From: Candidatus Obscuribacterales bacterium
GTDB lineage: Bacteria > Cyanobacteriota > Vampirovibrionia > Obscuribacterales > Obscuribacteraceae
Length of the DNA: 64,000 nucleotides
Direction: 5' to 3'
Assembly (NCBI GenBank): GCA_965228855.1
Contig: CBDDIJ010000003.1
Location: 2,560,001-2,624,000 of the forward strand
A program made the translations under genes and the position numbers. Shown one piece after another: positions 28,842 to 39,229 of the stretch. The notes under the pieces are model-generated. The model worked only from the letters and a program-made list of their open reading frames with translations. It ran no database searches and was not told the origin of the DNA. The number at the start of each line of letters is the position of its first letter. Within the stretch, counting starts at the first letter, position 1.

Positions 28842-31148
28842 ATGTCATCATTGTTATGTCATCGAAAGCGAACCGTCAGGTCCGTGGGGGTCCAGTTGTC
28901 TTTCACAAAAACCGCTCTCGAAAAAAGCACGGGAGAAATGCGCGACCTTATCTTGCAAAAGGATTGGTCGAAAACTGAGTTAGGACCGATTGATAGTTGG
29001 CCCAGCGTCTTCCAGACAGCACTGGGCATCGCTCTCAACTCGAAATTTCCGATGGTGCTCTGGTTCGGCAAGAATCTTCTCATGCTTTACAACGACGCAT
29101 GGAGGCCTATCGCAGGACAAACAAAGCATCCTCACTTCCTGGGCGAACCTTGTGAAACTGCCTGGGCTGAAATTTGGGATGTTGTAGGTCCAATGCTCAA
29201 AGGCGTTATGGAATCGGGAACGGCCACATGGGTTCACGATCAGCTCCTGGTTTTGAACAGAAACAATTACCTCGAAGAAGCATATTTCACCTACTCGTAC
29301 AGTCCCATTTACGACGAGGATGGAGTAGTCAAAGGCGTTTTCACTGCGGTAACCGAAACTACTCATCAGGTCATTACGAATCGTCGCATCGCTTTCCTTC
29401 GAGAGTTAGCAGAGAAAGTTTTCGAGACTGATTCGGTGGATAAAACTGTTCATAGCGTCCTGAAGGTTTTAAATGAAAATCGAAAGGACGTACCATTTGC
29501 AGCCATTTATCTGAGAGACAACGAGCATATGTTGCTGCGAGGCTCTACGGAATCGCTGCCTGAGACGTTGGCACCACAGACTCTAAAGTCTGGTGACGCA
29601 AGGGTGACGACAACGGTTGCAAACGCAAAACCATTTGAAATCTCAGAACACGGAATATTGAGTTCCGTATGGGAGCAGATAGTCGAACACGCACTTTTGC
29701 TGCCGCTCTCCGCCGTCGGGCAATCGGAAAGAGTCGGTTATCTCCTGGTCGGACTGAATCCAAGACGAGCCTACGGAGATCCTTACCAGAGTTTTCTGGA
29801 ACTACTGACCGGGCAAATTGCATCAGCGATTAACAGCGCACTAGACGCTTCACGTTTAAGGTTTCTCGTAGAAAAAAGAACCGAGGAACTTCAAGACATC
29901 GGAAACATACTCAACTCATTTGTTGACACAGGCAGTTTTCGCGAAGCCAGTACAAAGATATTGCGCCGCGCGCTCGATGAAACGCAGAGCGAGTACGGCT
30001 TTTGCGGCGCCACAGTTCCCGGCGGTCCGCAAGGAAGGACTCTACGCGTGTTCGCAGATCTGGGTTTTACCTGGAGCGAAACGACAAATCGCGAACTCTA
30101 CGAAAAGATAATCGCGGATTACGACACCAGGGGCTACATTGAATTCCCGCAGCTGGACAACCTTTTCGGCTGGGCGATAACAAACGGTAAACCGATGATC
30201 GCAAATACTCCTTCGGCAGACTCGCGCCGAAGCGGTCGCCAACCGGCAGGACACCCGCCGACCAACAGCTTTATGGCTTTACCGGTATTCAAAGGAGAAC
30301 AGGTGGTCGGCGTGATGGGGCTGGCCAACAAACCTGGCGGATATTCGGATGCCGACATCAAAGCTCTTGAGGCGCTTCTGAAAACGACCAGCGTAATCTT
30401 CGACAGTTATCGTCGTCTGCAAAACGAAAACAAAATCATTCAAGAAAGAATAGTTGCGGAAGACAACCTGAGAAGAGCCAACCAGGCACTTATCGACTTG
30501 GCTTATTCGGTTTCCCACGAATTACAAGAACCACTCACCTCAATGCGAGGTGACCTTTCCTTGTTAGCTGCAAGGTACAGAGATAGACTCGGAGCAGACG
30601 CAGATCAGTTTATCCAGGATGCGGTGAAAGCCAACGTAAAAATCAATTGGATGATAGACGACCTCTGGACATATGCGCGAATAGATCGTCCTCATCTGGT
30701 TTTTAGCGAAGTAGCTATGAACAAATTGTTCGACGATGAAGTGAAGTCGATGCAGACATTTATAGAGGAGAAGAAGGCTACGGTTCTGCGAGCGGACCTG
30801 CCGACGGTGATGGCGGAACCGAAGGAGCTGGTGATCTTGCTTCAAAAACTTCTGGATAATGCCATCAAGTTCTCGGGAGCAGAACCGGAAATAGATTTCA
30901 CCGCGACGCAACTAGTTGATGAATGGCTGTTCTGCATGACCGACAATGGAATCGGTTTCATGCAAACCGAAGCTCGTGAAATCTTTAAGATGTTTAGAAA
31001 ACTGGATCGCAACTCAGAGGGGACCGGTATGGGACTGGCAATCGCCAAGCGCATCGTCGAGTTTCACGGCGGTCGTATCTGGGCGGAATCTGAGCCTGGA
31101 CAAGGCACAAAGTTTTATTTCACGCTGCCACTCGTGCCAATCCGCTAG
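28842..31148 (+). CDS. Multi-sensor (PAS/GAF/GAF) histidine kinase
   Basis: DWSKTELGPIDSWP N-term motif, GAF (PAGHPPTNSFMALP), SHELQEP, DNAIKF, GTGMGLAI; start uncertain. Confidence 0.9.
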   Translation: MSSLLCHRKRTVRSVGVQLSFTKTALEKSTGEMRDLILQKDWSKTELGPIDSWPSVFQTALGIALNSKFPMVLWFGKNLLMLYNDAWRPIAGQTKHPHFLGEPCETAWAEIWDVVGPMLKGVMESGTATWVHDQLLVLNRNNYLEEAYFTYSYSPIYDEDGVVKGVFTAVTETTHQVITNRRIAFLRELAEKVFETDSVDKTVHSVLKVLNENRKDVPFAAIYLRDNEHMLLRGSTESLPETLAPQTLKSGDARVTTTVANAKPFEISEHGILSSVWEQIVEHALLLPLSAVGQSERVGYLLVGLNPRRAYGDPYQSFLELLTGQIASAINSALDASRLRFLVEKRTEELQDIGNILNSFVDTGSFREASTKILRRALDETQSEYGFCGATVPGGPQGRTLRVFADLGFTWSETTNRELYEKIIADYDTRGYIEFPQLDNLFGWAITNGKPMIANTPSADSRRSGRQPAGHPPTNSFMALPVFKGEQVVGVMGLANKPGGYSDADIKALEALLKTTSVIFDSYRRLQNENKIIQERIVAEDNLRRANQALIDLAYSVSHELQEPLTSMRGDLSLLAARYRDRLGADADQFIQDAVKANVKINWMIDDLWTYARIDRPHLVFSEVAMNKLFDDEVKSMQTFIEEKKATVLRADLPTVMAEPKELVILLQKLLDNAIKFSGAEPEIDFTATQLVDEWLFCMTDNGIGFMQTEAREIFKMFRKLDRNSEGTGMGLAIAKRIVEFHGGRIWAESEPGQGTKFYFTLPLVPIR

Positions 31149-31161
31149 GCGTTCGTTTATT

Positions 31162-32070
31162 TTATTTCCCGTTACCAACAGCGTCTCTGGAAACCTCAGA
31201 TTCTGCGCAATCCGTTTCCTCGCGCCCCGGTTCAACAACTACCGGTTCAACAGCTTCCGTTTCCACAGCTACCGTTTTCACAGCTGCCGATTCAACAACT
31301 GTTGCTTCAACAACGGGTGACACGTCTAGCAACGAGCCGCCTTTTGCCAGCACCATGGGCGGTTCAACAGAAAACGTCGTGATCTTGTTGTCATCAATCC
31401 GAATTTGTAGCGAGATGCGATATCCACGCGGCGCAGGCGGAATATTTGAAATCACATAGAGTTCGTTAGTCGTGACCCCGTCCTCAGACCAGCGCAGTTG
31501 AAGGTCCATTCGGGTTTGATCGTCGTCGACCGTGCCAATCTCCTTGGTCACATTAATAGGAATTGGATGCCATTCCGAAATGACGAGAAACGGAACCTGC
31601 CCGACGCCGACCATCGACAGACTTTTGCCGAGAAACTCTTTGGCAAAAATCAAATCGGATATCTCCGAAATTGTCTTGCGCAGCAGCTTGCTCTCCTTGC
31701 ATAGATAGCCTGCAAGGATTGGGTAGAGAAACGGCACTAGCACTGAAGGGAAGGAAAGCGCTTCATGCGGCGCGGTTATCAATGCGTAGGCGAACGTAAA
31801 CGCCGTATAAAGGATATGCGGGAGAAACGGATGACCCTCATGCAACATCTTGTCCGTGAGACGAACGTATACAACTAATAGGATGGGCAAAAGCGTGAAG
31901 AGCATAAACGCGCTCGCAAGCTTTGGCTCTGTAATCTCCGTTCCGAAGAAGCCGAAGGTCTTCGTAAGCCAGAGCCCAATCAAGCCGCCTACAATCGAGG
32001 CAAAGTATGTGAACGAAAGGAAAACCCACTTCCGTACCAGCCACTTCTTTGTTCTAGCGACTTCGTTCAT
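31162..32070 (-). CDS. Membrane protein with Hsp70 substrate-binding-domain-like C-terminus
   Basis: About four TMs, then TVDDDQT and ISNIPPAPRGYRISLQIRIDDN resembling DnaK SBD-beta. Confidence 0.7.
   Translation of the reverse strand: MNEVARTKKWLVRKWVFLSFTYFASIVGGLIGLWLTKTFGFFGTEITEPKLASAFMLFTLLPILLVVYVRLTDKMLHEGHPFLPHILYTAFTFAYALITAPHEALSFPSVLVPFLYPILAGYLCKESKLLRKTISEISDLIFAKEFLGKSLSMVGVGQVPFLVISEWHPIPINVTKEIGTVDDDQTRMDLQLRWSEDGVTTNELYVISNIPPAPRGYRISLQIRIDDNKITTFSVEPPMVLAKGGSLLDVSPVVEATVVESAAVKTVAVETEAVEPVVVEPGREETDCAESEVSRDAVGNGK
31226..31315. repeat. Degenerate 15-bp tandem repeat (6 units) inside CDS
   Basis: Consensus NCCGNTTCAACARCT. Confidence 0.75.
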
Positions 32071-32335
32071 TAGATCAATGATGTCATGGAGAAGTGCAAT
32101 TGACTAGTGATCGAGAAAAGCCGGATTTGCATCTTGCAAACCCTTGGGTATCAAGCGGTTTGTTGCAGAGGTGTTAACAGAAGCAGAAACGACTTCCGGT
32201 AGAAACTTTGTGCCGAATGCCCCACGTCGTCAGCGTTTTCAACGATCCAGCCCGATAATGGAAACCGGCCAATTCGAAAGAAAACATTATTCTGAAAAAT
32301 AAATTTGGCGAATATCTATTGTTAGTATGTAGAAT

Positions 32336-32617
32336 GTGTGGTTCGTTCGCCGGAAACGGCAACCTGTGACGCCTTCGAACATAAGACCGAGTTAATCTGG
32401 TCTAGTGTGGAAGAGAGAGGTCCCGGGCTGTATCGTTTGCCCTTCGTTCAACGAATTATGAGGTCCCACGGGGCGCTGCGGAAGTCCGCTCCCAGTCTCG
32501 ACCTCAGACAGCACCGGCGAAACTGCAAGAGAAGTATTGAATTCGACTCTCAGTCGCAATCGTTCCTTCTATATGTAGGCAACGAAGTAGTTCCACCACC
32601 AAGGAGAACATGGGCAT
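32336..32617 (+). promoter_or_regulatory. Long structured rpsJ (S10 operon) leader
   Basis: TAGAAT at ~32330 followed by several hairpins before rpsJ. Confidence 0.5.
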
Positions 32618-32965
32618 ATGGCTGGCGCCAAAAAACTTAAAGCAGAAGCCGGCACTGGCAAGGTGCAGCGCATCAGAATCCGTTTGAAGTCTTACGACCA
32701 CAGACTTTTGGACAAGTCAGCGGATCAAATCGTTGACACGGCGCGTCGCACTGGAGCCACGATCTGCGGACCAGTACCGCTGCCGACCCGCAAGAGAGTC
32801 TATTGCGTATTGCGCTCTCCTCACGTCGACAAGAAGTCGAGAGAGCACTTTGAAATCCGCATCCACAAGAGACTGATCGATATCAACGATCCGACACCGA
32901 CAACCGCAGACGCGCTGATGCGCCTTGACCTGCCGGCCGGCGTCGACATCGAAGTGAAACTATAA
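32618..32965 (+). CDS. rpsJ: 30S ribosomal protein S10
   Basis: [32 protein letters not shown]. Confidence 0.98.
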   Translation: MAGAKKLKAEAGTGKVQRIRIRLKSYDHRLLDKSADQIVDTARRTGATICGPVPLPTRKRVYCVLRSPHVDKKSREHFEIRIHKRLIDINDPTPTTADALMRLDLPAGVDIEVKL

Positions 32966-33010
32966 GAGTGAAGGCAACTGGCAAAAGTTGCATTGTTGAG
33001 GAATTCTAGA

Positions 33011-33655
33011 ATGAAAACTCTAGGCGTGATGGGCAAAAAAGTTGGAATGACTCAGGTCTTCAGTAAAGAAGGTCTGTCTATTCCTGTGACGATCGTTCAA
33101 CTCGGTGACAACATCGTCACCCGCAAGCTCACCAAAGACAAAGACGGCTATGAAGCAGTTCAAGTCGGCGGCTTCAAAGTAAAAGAGAAGAAGCTCAACA
33201 AGCCGGAACTCGGCGCGTTCAAAAAGAACGAAGTTCCGCCTGTTGCACCGCTCAAAGAGTTCCACGTAGCTGATTCAGCGAGCTACAACGTCGGCGACTC
33301 GCTCCCGGTTGGCGATCTTATTCAAGAAGATATGCTCGTCGACATTCGCGGCAAGTCGATCGGTAAAGGATTCCAGGGAACCGTCAAGCGTTATCACGCT
33401 GGACGTGGTCCTATGACCCACGGTTCCAAGTTCCACCGCTCGATGGGTTCCATCGGCGCCGGCACCACTCCAGGTCGTGTATTCGTAGGAACACACATGC
33501 CTGGTCAGATGGGCAACGTAAACGTATGCACCCGACGCGCCAAAGTCGTACGCGTCGATCAAGAAAAAGGCCTTCTGTTGATCAAGGGACCAGTCCCTGG
33601 AGTCGAGGGAGGTCTTGTTGTAATCAGCCCCACGAAGAAGAAGTGGAACGGCTAA
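33011..33655 (+). CDS. rplC: 50S ribosomal protein L3
   Basis: [24 protein letters not shown]. Confidence 0.98.
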   Translation: MKTLGVMGKKVGMTQVFSKEGLSIPVTIVQLGDNIVTRKLTKDKDGYEAVQVGGFKVKEKKLNKPELGAFKKNEVPPVAPLKEFHVADSASYNVGDSLPVGDLIQEDMLVDIRGKSIGKGFQGTVKRYHAGRGPMTHGSKFHRSMGSIGAGTTPGRVFVGTHMPGQMGNVNVCTRRAKVVRVDQEKGLLLIKGPVPGVEGGLVVISPTKKKWNG

Positions 33656-33708
33656 TTAGCCAACGAAACTCAAAACGGTTTTCTAAATAAAGTAGAGAGA
33701 CGACGAAA

Positions 33709-34617
33709 ATGACATCCACGCAAGTGCTAGATCTCAAAGGCAAAAAAGTAGGCGAGCTTCAGCTTGAAGACAGCGTTTTTGCGGCCGAACTCAAAGTCGG
33801 CCCCATGCACCAGGCTGTAATCAGACAACTCGCAAACGCCAGAGCCGGCAGCGCCAACACCAAAACCCGCGCAGAAGTTCGCGGAGGCGGTCGCAAACCA
33901 TGGCGTCAAAAAGGCACGGGCCGCGCAAGAGCAGGTTCCATCCGCTCGCCGTTATGGCATGGTGGTGGTGTCGTGTTCGGACCGAAACCGCGTGACTACT
34001 CGGTTTCCATGCCGCAAAAGATGCGCCACGTAGCAGTCCGTTCTGCTCTTTCGGTCGCTAAAGACAAGCTCGTAGTCGTCAAAGACTTCGATGGTCTCTC
34101 CGCTCCGAAGACTAAAGAGTTTACTCAAATATTGAAGGCACTCAACATCGAGTGCGGCACCAAAGTTCTCGTCGTCCTCGCCAATCCTAAAGAAGGCGCT
34201 GGCGCAACGGTTTACAGAGCTGCTCGCAACATCGAAAAGTTGAAAGTAATCGCTGCAAGCCAGGTCAACGTAAAGGACTTGCTTCACTTCGACGTCATCC
34301 TCACCTCGGAAGATGCAATCGAATTGTTGAATAAGACGTTCAAACACGAGCCTTCGCCGAACGCTCCTAAGAAAGAGAAGAAGGAAACTTCCTCCAAGAA
34401 GAAAGAAGCGAAGAAAGCAGTGAAGAAAACTGCTAAGCCGAAAGAAAAGAAAGAACCCAAGGCTAAGGTAGCGAAGGAAGCGAAACCGGAAAAGGCGAAG
34501 GAAGAAAAACCGAAAGCCAAGAAGGAAGATGCTCCGAAGAAAGAAAAGGCTGAAAAAGAAAGTAAAAAACCTGCAGCCAAAGACAAAGACGCAAAGTCGA
34601 AAAAGAAAGAAGACTAA
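33709..34617 (+). CDS. rplD: 50S ribosomal protein L4 with Lys/Glu-rich C-tail
   Basis: KTRAEVRGGGRKPWRQKGTGRARAGS. Confidence 0.98.
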   Translation: MTSTQVLDLKGKKVGELQLEDSVFAAELKVGPMHQAVIRQLANARAGSANTKTRAEVRGGGRKPWRQKGTGRARAGSIRSPLWHGGGVVFGPKPRDYSVSMPQKMRHVAVRSALSVAKDKLVVVKDFDGLSAPKTKEFTQILKALNIECGTKVLVVLANPKEGAGATVYRAARNIEKLKVIAASQVNVKDLLHFDVILTSEDAIELLNKTFKHEPSPNAPKKEKKETSSKKKEAKKAVKKTAKPKEKKEPKAKVAKEAKPEKAKEEKPKAKKEDAPKKEKAEKESKKPAAKDKDAKSKKKED

Positions 34618-34673
34618 GTTCGAGTCTTGAAGAGAAAGTTCAAAACTAAGCCAGGAAAAACCAGGAAAAGATA

Positions 34674-34979
34674 ATGGACAAGCGATACTCCCAAATTATT
34701 CTGAGACCAATCGTTACTGAGAAATCAGCTCAGATGACTCAGCTCGGTCAATACACCTTCGAAGTGACGAAAGACGCCAACAAGGTGGAAATCAAACAAG
34801 CGATGGAGCAACTGATCAAGGAGCTCTACCCTGGCAACAAGAGCGAAGTGCTCAGCGTAAACACCGTTGCGACACGCGGTCGTTTCAGCCGCAGAAGACG
34901 CCACAGCCGGGTGCCGAAAGATGGCAAAAAAGCCATTGTCACCATCGGCGGTGACCCGCTAGAACTCTTCGAATCCTAA
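34674..34979 (+). CDS. rplW: 50S ribosomal protein L23
   Basis: PIVTEKS, ANKVEIK, KKAIVT. Confidence 0.95.
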   Translation: MDKRYSQIILRPIVTEKSAQMTQLGQYTFEVTKDANKVEIKQAMEQLIKELYPGNKSEVLSVNTVATRGRFSRRRRHSRVPKDGKKAIVTIGGDPLELFES

Positions 34980-35026
34980 TTCGAATTCCCCACACTGAGT
35001 AACTAAGAGCAAGAAGGACAACCATC

Positions 35027-35854
35027 ATGCCGGTCAGGAAAGTCAAGCCAACATCCGCAGGGCGACGAAATATGTCGTTGTTCGATTTTTCGGACATCAC
35101 GACAGACAAGCCTGAAAAATCGCTCGTCTTCTTCAAGAAGTCGACAGGCGGTCGCAACAACCAGGGCAGACTGACAGTGCGCCACAAAGGCGGCGGTCAC
35201 AAGCAAAAGTATCGCATCATCGATTTTAAACGCGATAAATTCGATATCCCTGGCAAAGTTGCAACTATCGAATACGATCCCAATCGCAACACCAGAATTT
35301 GTTTGATTCAATACGTCGACGGCGAGAAGCGTTACATTCTCGCTCCGCACGGAATCAAAGTCGGCGACCAGGTAATGTCCGGTCCGAAAGCTGAAATCCA
35401 AATCGGAAATGCGCTTCCGTTGCGCAACATCCCGTTGGGTACCATGGTGCACAACGTCGAGCTCACGCTCGGTCGCGGCGCCCAGCTCGGTCGTTCGGCA
35501 GGCGTGCAAATCCAATTGCTCGCTAAAGAAGGCAACATGGCAACACTGAGATTGCCGTCGGGCGAAATGCGCATGGTCAACATGAACTGCATGGCGACCA
35601 TCGGACAGCTCGGCAACACGGATGCCAAAAACGTAACTTTAGGTAAGGCTGGACGCAAACGTTGGTTGGGCATCAAGCCTGCCAACCGCGGTGTAGCCAT
35701 GAACGCAGTCGACCACCCACATGGCGGTGGCGAAGGCAAATCGCCAATCGGCGGCAAACCTCAAACACCTTGGGGCAAGCCGGCAATGGGATACAAGACC
35801 CGTCGTGGTCGCAAACCGTCGGATCGTTTCATCGTTAAGAGAAGAACGAAGTAG
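35027..35854 (+). CDS. rplB: 50S ribosomal protein L2
   Basis: [19 protein letters not shown]. Confidence 0.99.
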   Translation: MPVRKVKPTSAGRRNMSLFDFSDITTDKPEKSLVFFKKSTGGRNNQGRLTVRHKGGGHKQKYRIIDFKRDKFDIPGKVATIEYDPNRNTRICLIQYVDGEKRYILAPHGIKVGDQVMSGPKAEIQIGNALPLRNIPLGTMVHNVELTLGRGAQLGRSAGVQIQLLAKEGNMATLRLPSGEMRMVNMNCMATIGQLGNTDAKNVTLGKAGRKRWLGIKPANRGVAMNAVDHPHGGGEGKSPIGGKPQTPWGKPAMGYKTRRGRKPSDRFIVKRRTK

Positions 35855-35867
35855 TTAGGAGGTAATT

Positions 35868-36149
35868 GTGGGTCGATCACTAAAGAAGGGACCATTCATC
35901 CATCCCTCGCTGTTCAAAAAAATTGAAGAGATGAACAAGAAGGGTGAGAAGAAGGTGATCAAATCATGGTCGCGTGCGTCAATGATCACGCCTGACATGA
36001 TTGGACATACGATTGCAATCTACAACGGTCGTAAGCACGTTCCCATCTACGTAACCGAGCAAATGATCGGTCATAGATTGGGAGAATTCGCACCGACAAG
36101 ACTTTTCAAAGGTCACGCCGGCGGCGACAAAACTTCCAAACGCGGTTAA
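35868..36149 (+). CDS. rpsS: 30S ribosomal protein S19
   Basis: [19 protein letters not shown]. Confidence 0.98.
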   Translation: MGRSLKKGPFIHPSLFKKIEEMNKKGEKKVIKSWSRASMITPDMIGHTIAIYNGRKHVPIYVTEQMIGHRLGEFAPTRLFKGHAGGDKTSKRG

Positions 36150-36168
36150 TTAAAGAGGAACCAGGGCT

Positions 36169-36519
36169 ATGCAAAGCAGAGCACAGGCAAAGTGGATAAG
36201 AATGTCGCCCCGTAAGGTGCGCCGCGTCGTCGATCAGATTCGCGGAAAGAAAGCCGGAGAAGCAATCGACATGCTGCTTTTCATGCCTTACAAGGCAGCC
36301 AAGCCAGTATGGAAAGTATTGAATTCGGCAATGTACAACCTCATCCACAGTGAGAAGCATCCGATTTCGCGCGACGAAGCCGAACAAATGGTCATCGTCG
36401 AAGCATTCGCGGACCAGGGGCCGACCCTGCCACGCAGATTCAGAGCACGTGCTCGCGGACGAGCGATGCCGATTCTCAAAAGAACAAGTCACATCACGTT
36501 GACTATCTCAGACGTTTAA
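36169..36519 (+). CDS. rplV: 50S ribosomal protein L22
   Basis: SPRKVRRV, RARGRA, KRTSHIT. Confidence 0.97.
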   Translation: MQSRAQAKWIRMSPRKVRRVVDQIRGKKAGEAIDMLLFMPYKAAKPVWKVLNSAMYNLIHSEKHPISRDEAEQMVIVEAFADQGPTLPRRFRARARGRAMPILKRTSHITLTISDV

Positions 36520-36604
36520 AGACTGGTGGCGTGGTGCCACCACCCCCAAAAGAAATCGCAGTAGTCGGTTTCACAAGAGACGGTAAGAAAGAGAGGACAA
36601 GATC

Positions 36605-37369
36605 TTGGGTCAGAAAGTAAATCCTAACGGTTTTCGACTAGGCATTCACAAAGGCTGGTCGTCGAACTGGTTCGTCACGAAGAAAGACGTTGCTCCTCTC
36701 ATTGAAGAAGATCATCGCCTTCGCGCCTTTCTAGCCAAGGAATTGACCGGCGCAGGCGTATCGAAAGTCGAAATCGAGAGAAAAGCCGACCAGATTCAAA
36801 TCAACATCTACACCGCTCGTCCGGGCGTTGTAGTCGGCAAAGGCGGACAGGGCATCGAAAACCTGACCGGCAAAATCAAAGGTCTTCTCAACAGAACCGG
36901 TCTCGATATCCGTATCAACATTCTAGAAATCAACCGCGTCGACCTCGAGTCGAAACTGGTTGCAGATTCAATTGCACAGCAATTGGAAAAGCGCGTCGCA
37001 TTCCGCCGCGCAATGAAACAAGCGATGCAACGCTGCATGCGCGCCGGAGCCATCGGAGTGAAAGTAATGGTGGCAGGTCGTCTGGGCGGCGCTGAAATCG
37101 CTCGTACGGAATGGGCTAAAGAAGGTCGTATTCCGCTTCAAACACTGAGAGCCGACATCGATTACGGAACATCCGAAGCGAACACCCTCATGGGTATCAT
37201 CGGCATCAAAGTGTGGGTATTCCGCGGCGAGCTCGAAAGCGGGCAGTGGTCACCTCCGAACATCAAGACGCAAAGCGATCGCGATCGTCAAAATCAAGGA
37301 CAAGGTGGCGAACGCGGTGACAGAGGTGGTCTCAACAAATCTGGGCGCAGACCCAGGAAGGCAGGTTAA
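36605..37369 (+). CDS. rpsC: 30S ribosomal protein S3
   Basis: [33 protein letters not shown]. Confidence 0.98.
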   Translation: MGQKVNPNGFRLGIHKGWSSNWFVTKKDVAPLIEEDHRLRAFLAKELTGAGVSKVEIERKADQIQINIYTARPGVVVGKGGQGIENLTGKIKGLLNRTGLDIRINILEINRVDLESKLVADSIAQQLEKRVAFRRAMKQAMQRCMRAGAIGVKVMVAGRLGGAEIARTEWAKEGRIPLQTLRADIDYGTSEANTLMGIIGIKVWVFRGELESGQWSPPNIKTQSDRDRQNQGQGGERGDRGGLNKSGRRPRKAG

Positions 37370-37374
37370 TCGCC

Positions 37375-37791
37375 ATGTTATTGCCGAAGCGCACTAAATA
37401 TCGCAAATTTCACAGAGGTCGCATGTGCGGCACTGAAACCCGCGGCGTGTCTGTGCAGATGGGTGAATATGGATTGCAGACGCTGGAGCCAGCTTGGATT
37501 ACCTCCAGACAGATCGAAGCAGCCAGAAAAGCTATGACCAGATCCGTAAAACGGGGCGGTCAACTCTGGATCCGGATTTTCCCAGACAAGGCTTGCACGA
37601 AGAAACCAGCTGAAGTCCGGATGGGTTCCGGTAAAGGTAACCCGGAATTCTGGGTAGCGGTCGTTAAGACCGGACGCGTTATGTTCGAAATGGCAGGCGT
37701 CAGCAGAGAAGACGCTCACAAAGCGTTGAAATTGGCAGCTCAAAAACTTCCGGTCAAATGCCGCGTTGTCGAGCGCCATCACGGAGGTTAG
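37375..37791 (+). CDS. rplP: 50S ribosomal protein L16
   Basis: [15 protein letters not shown]. Confidence 0.98.
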   Translation: MLLPKRTKYRKFHRGRMCGTETRGVSVQMGEYGLQTLEPAWITSRQIEAARKAMTRSVKRGGQLWIRIFPDKACTKKPAEVRMGSGKGNPEFWVAVVKTGRVMFEMAGVSREDAHKALKLAAQKLPVKCRVVERHHGG

Positions 37792-37795
37792 GCAC

Positions 37796-38002
37796 ATGAA
37801 ACTGCAAGATATCAGAGATCTTTCTGCTGAAGAAATCAAAGCCCACATTGCAGACGCTCGCAAGCAAATTGTCGAATTGCGTTTTCAACAAGCTTTGAGA
37901 AAACTGGAGAGCCCAGCAAGACTGCGCAATGCGAAGAAACTTCTGGCTCAACTTCTCACCATCGAAACCGAGAAGGCAAACGCGGCTGCAGCAGCCAAGT
38001 AG
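37796..38002 (+). CDS. rpmC: 50S ribosomal protein L29
   Basis: ELRFQ...ARLRNAKKLLAQLLT; operon position. Confidence 0.95.
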   Translation: MKLQDIRDLSAEEIKAHIADARKQIVELRFQQALRKLESPARLRNAKKLLAQLLTIETEKANAAAAAK

Positions 38003-38077
38003 TTATTAACGTAAATCAGATGGATACCACGGATGCGGTATCACAGGACGGGACAACGAAGAGGTTCGGAAAGAAAA

Positions 38078-38347
38078 ATGCCCAAGAAGGAATTAGTCGG
38101 AAAGGTCGTTTCCAACAAAATGGAAAAGACGATTGTCGTCGCCATCGAAAGCCGCTTTCCCCATCCTAAGTATGAAAAACAGATGGTGAAGACGAAGAAG
38201 TTCAAAGCTCACGACGAAAAAAATGAATGTGGAATCGGCGACAGCGTTCGTATTCAAGAGTGCAGACCGCTATCCAAGGATAAAACCTTCACTCTGGTCG
38301 AAATCATCGAAAAATCGCCAGACGCTCAACTCAAGGAGTCAAAATAA
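38078..38347 (+). CDS. rpsQ: 30S ribosomal protein S17
   Basis: [22 protein letters not shown]. Confidence 0.97.
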   Translation: MPKKELVGKVVSNKMEKTIVVAIESRFPHPKYEKQMVKTKKFKAHDEKNECGIGDSVRIQECRPLSKDKTFTLVEIIEKSPDAQLKESK

Positions 38348-38715
38348 TGATTCAACAAGAAACGCGATTGACCTGCGCGGATAACACCGGTGCCAGAGAG
38401 CTTCTCTGCATTCGCGTCCTGGGCGGTTCCCGCAAAGTGTATGCCACTGTCGGCGACACCATCGTCGCGACCGTGAAAGAAGCATTGCCGAACATGCCGG
38501 TCAAGAAATCGGACGTCGTCAAAGCAGTAGTTGTCCGCGTCAAACAAAGCGTCCATCGTCCTGATGGAACCACCATCAGATTCGACGACAACGCAGCCGT
38601 AATCATTCAAAAAGATAACAACCCGAAAGGGACCCGCGTTTTCGGACCGATCGCCCGTGAACTTCGGGACAAAAACTTCACCAAGATCATTTCGCTTGCT
38701 CCGGAGGTTCTGTAG
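38347..38715 (+). CDS. rplN: 50S ribosomal protein L14
   Basis: ADNTGA, FDDNAAV, GTRVFGP. Confidence 0.98.
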   Translation: MIQQETRLTCADNTGARELLCIRVLGGSRKVYATVGDTIVATVKEALPNMPVKKSDVVKAVVVRVKQSVHRPDGTTIRFDDNAAVIIQKDNNPKGTRVFGPIARELRDKNFTKIISLAPEVL

Positions 38716-38718
38716 ACA

Positions 38719-39174
38719 ATGGCTACCGCTGAAAAGAAAAAACAAATCAGCTACTGCCAGGCACCGGTTTCACCCAAGGTGAAGAAGGGCGGCAAGACTG
38801 TAGTGTCCCAAGCGTTGATCAAGAAGGGTTCGACCAATCTGGTTCCTTCCATTCACGTCAGACGCGGCGACATGGTCAAACTCATGTCCGGTTCCGAGAC
38901 AGTAGGCAAAGGCAAGACCGGTAAGGTTCTGACCGTGCTCAAATCGGAAGGCAAAATTATTGTTGAAGGCATCAACGTCGTCACCCGCGCCACCAAAGCG
39001 AAAAACGCGATGGGCAATGGCGGTCTGGTTACGAAAGAAGCGCCGATTTTCGCAAGTCGCGTAATGCTCTTCTGCACCTCGTGCAAAAACACCACCAGAA
39101 TTGCGCACAAGGTTTTGGAAGGCGGCAAAAAAGCTCGCGTTTGCAAGAAGTGTGGAGAGTCGTTAGACACGTAA
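38719..39174 (+). CDS. rplX: 50S ribosomal protein L24 with N-terminal extension
   Basis: KOW motif (RRGDMV...GKGKTG), VEGIN, KEAPI, two CxxC. Confidence 0.95.
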   Translation: MATAEKKKQISYCQAPVSPKVKKGGKTVVSQALIKKGSTNLVPSIHVRRGDMVKLMSGSETVGKGKTGKVLTVLKSEGKIIVEGINVVTRATKAKNAMGNGGLVTKEAPIFASRVMLFCTSCKNTTRIAHKVLEGGKKARVCKKCGESLDT

Positions 39175-39229
39175 TACAAGGTCGGCCGGCAAAGACCGTC
39201 CCACCAGCTGATTACAGAAGGATTGAGAG

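Noticed and set aside
14412..32335. tRNA-anchored integrative element
   Set aside because: No integrase seen and no duplicated tRNA 3' end noticed.
32338..32640. 100-aa ORF upstream of rpsJ
   Set aside because: Overlaps the hairpin-rich leader and the rpsJ start; no RBS or recognisable family.
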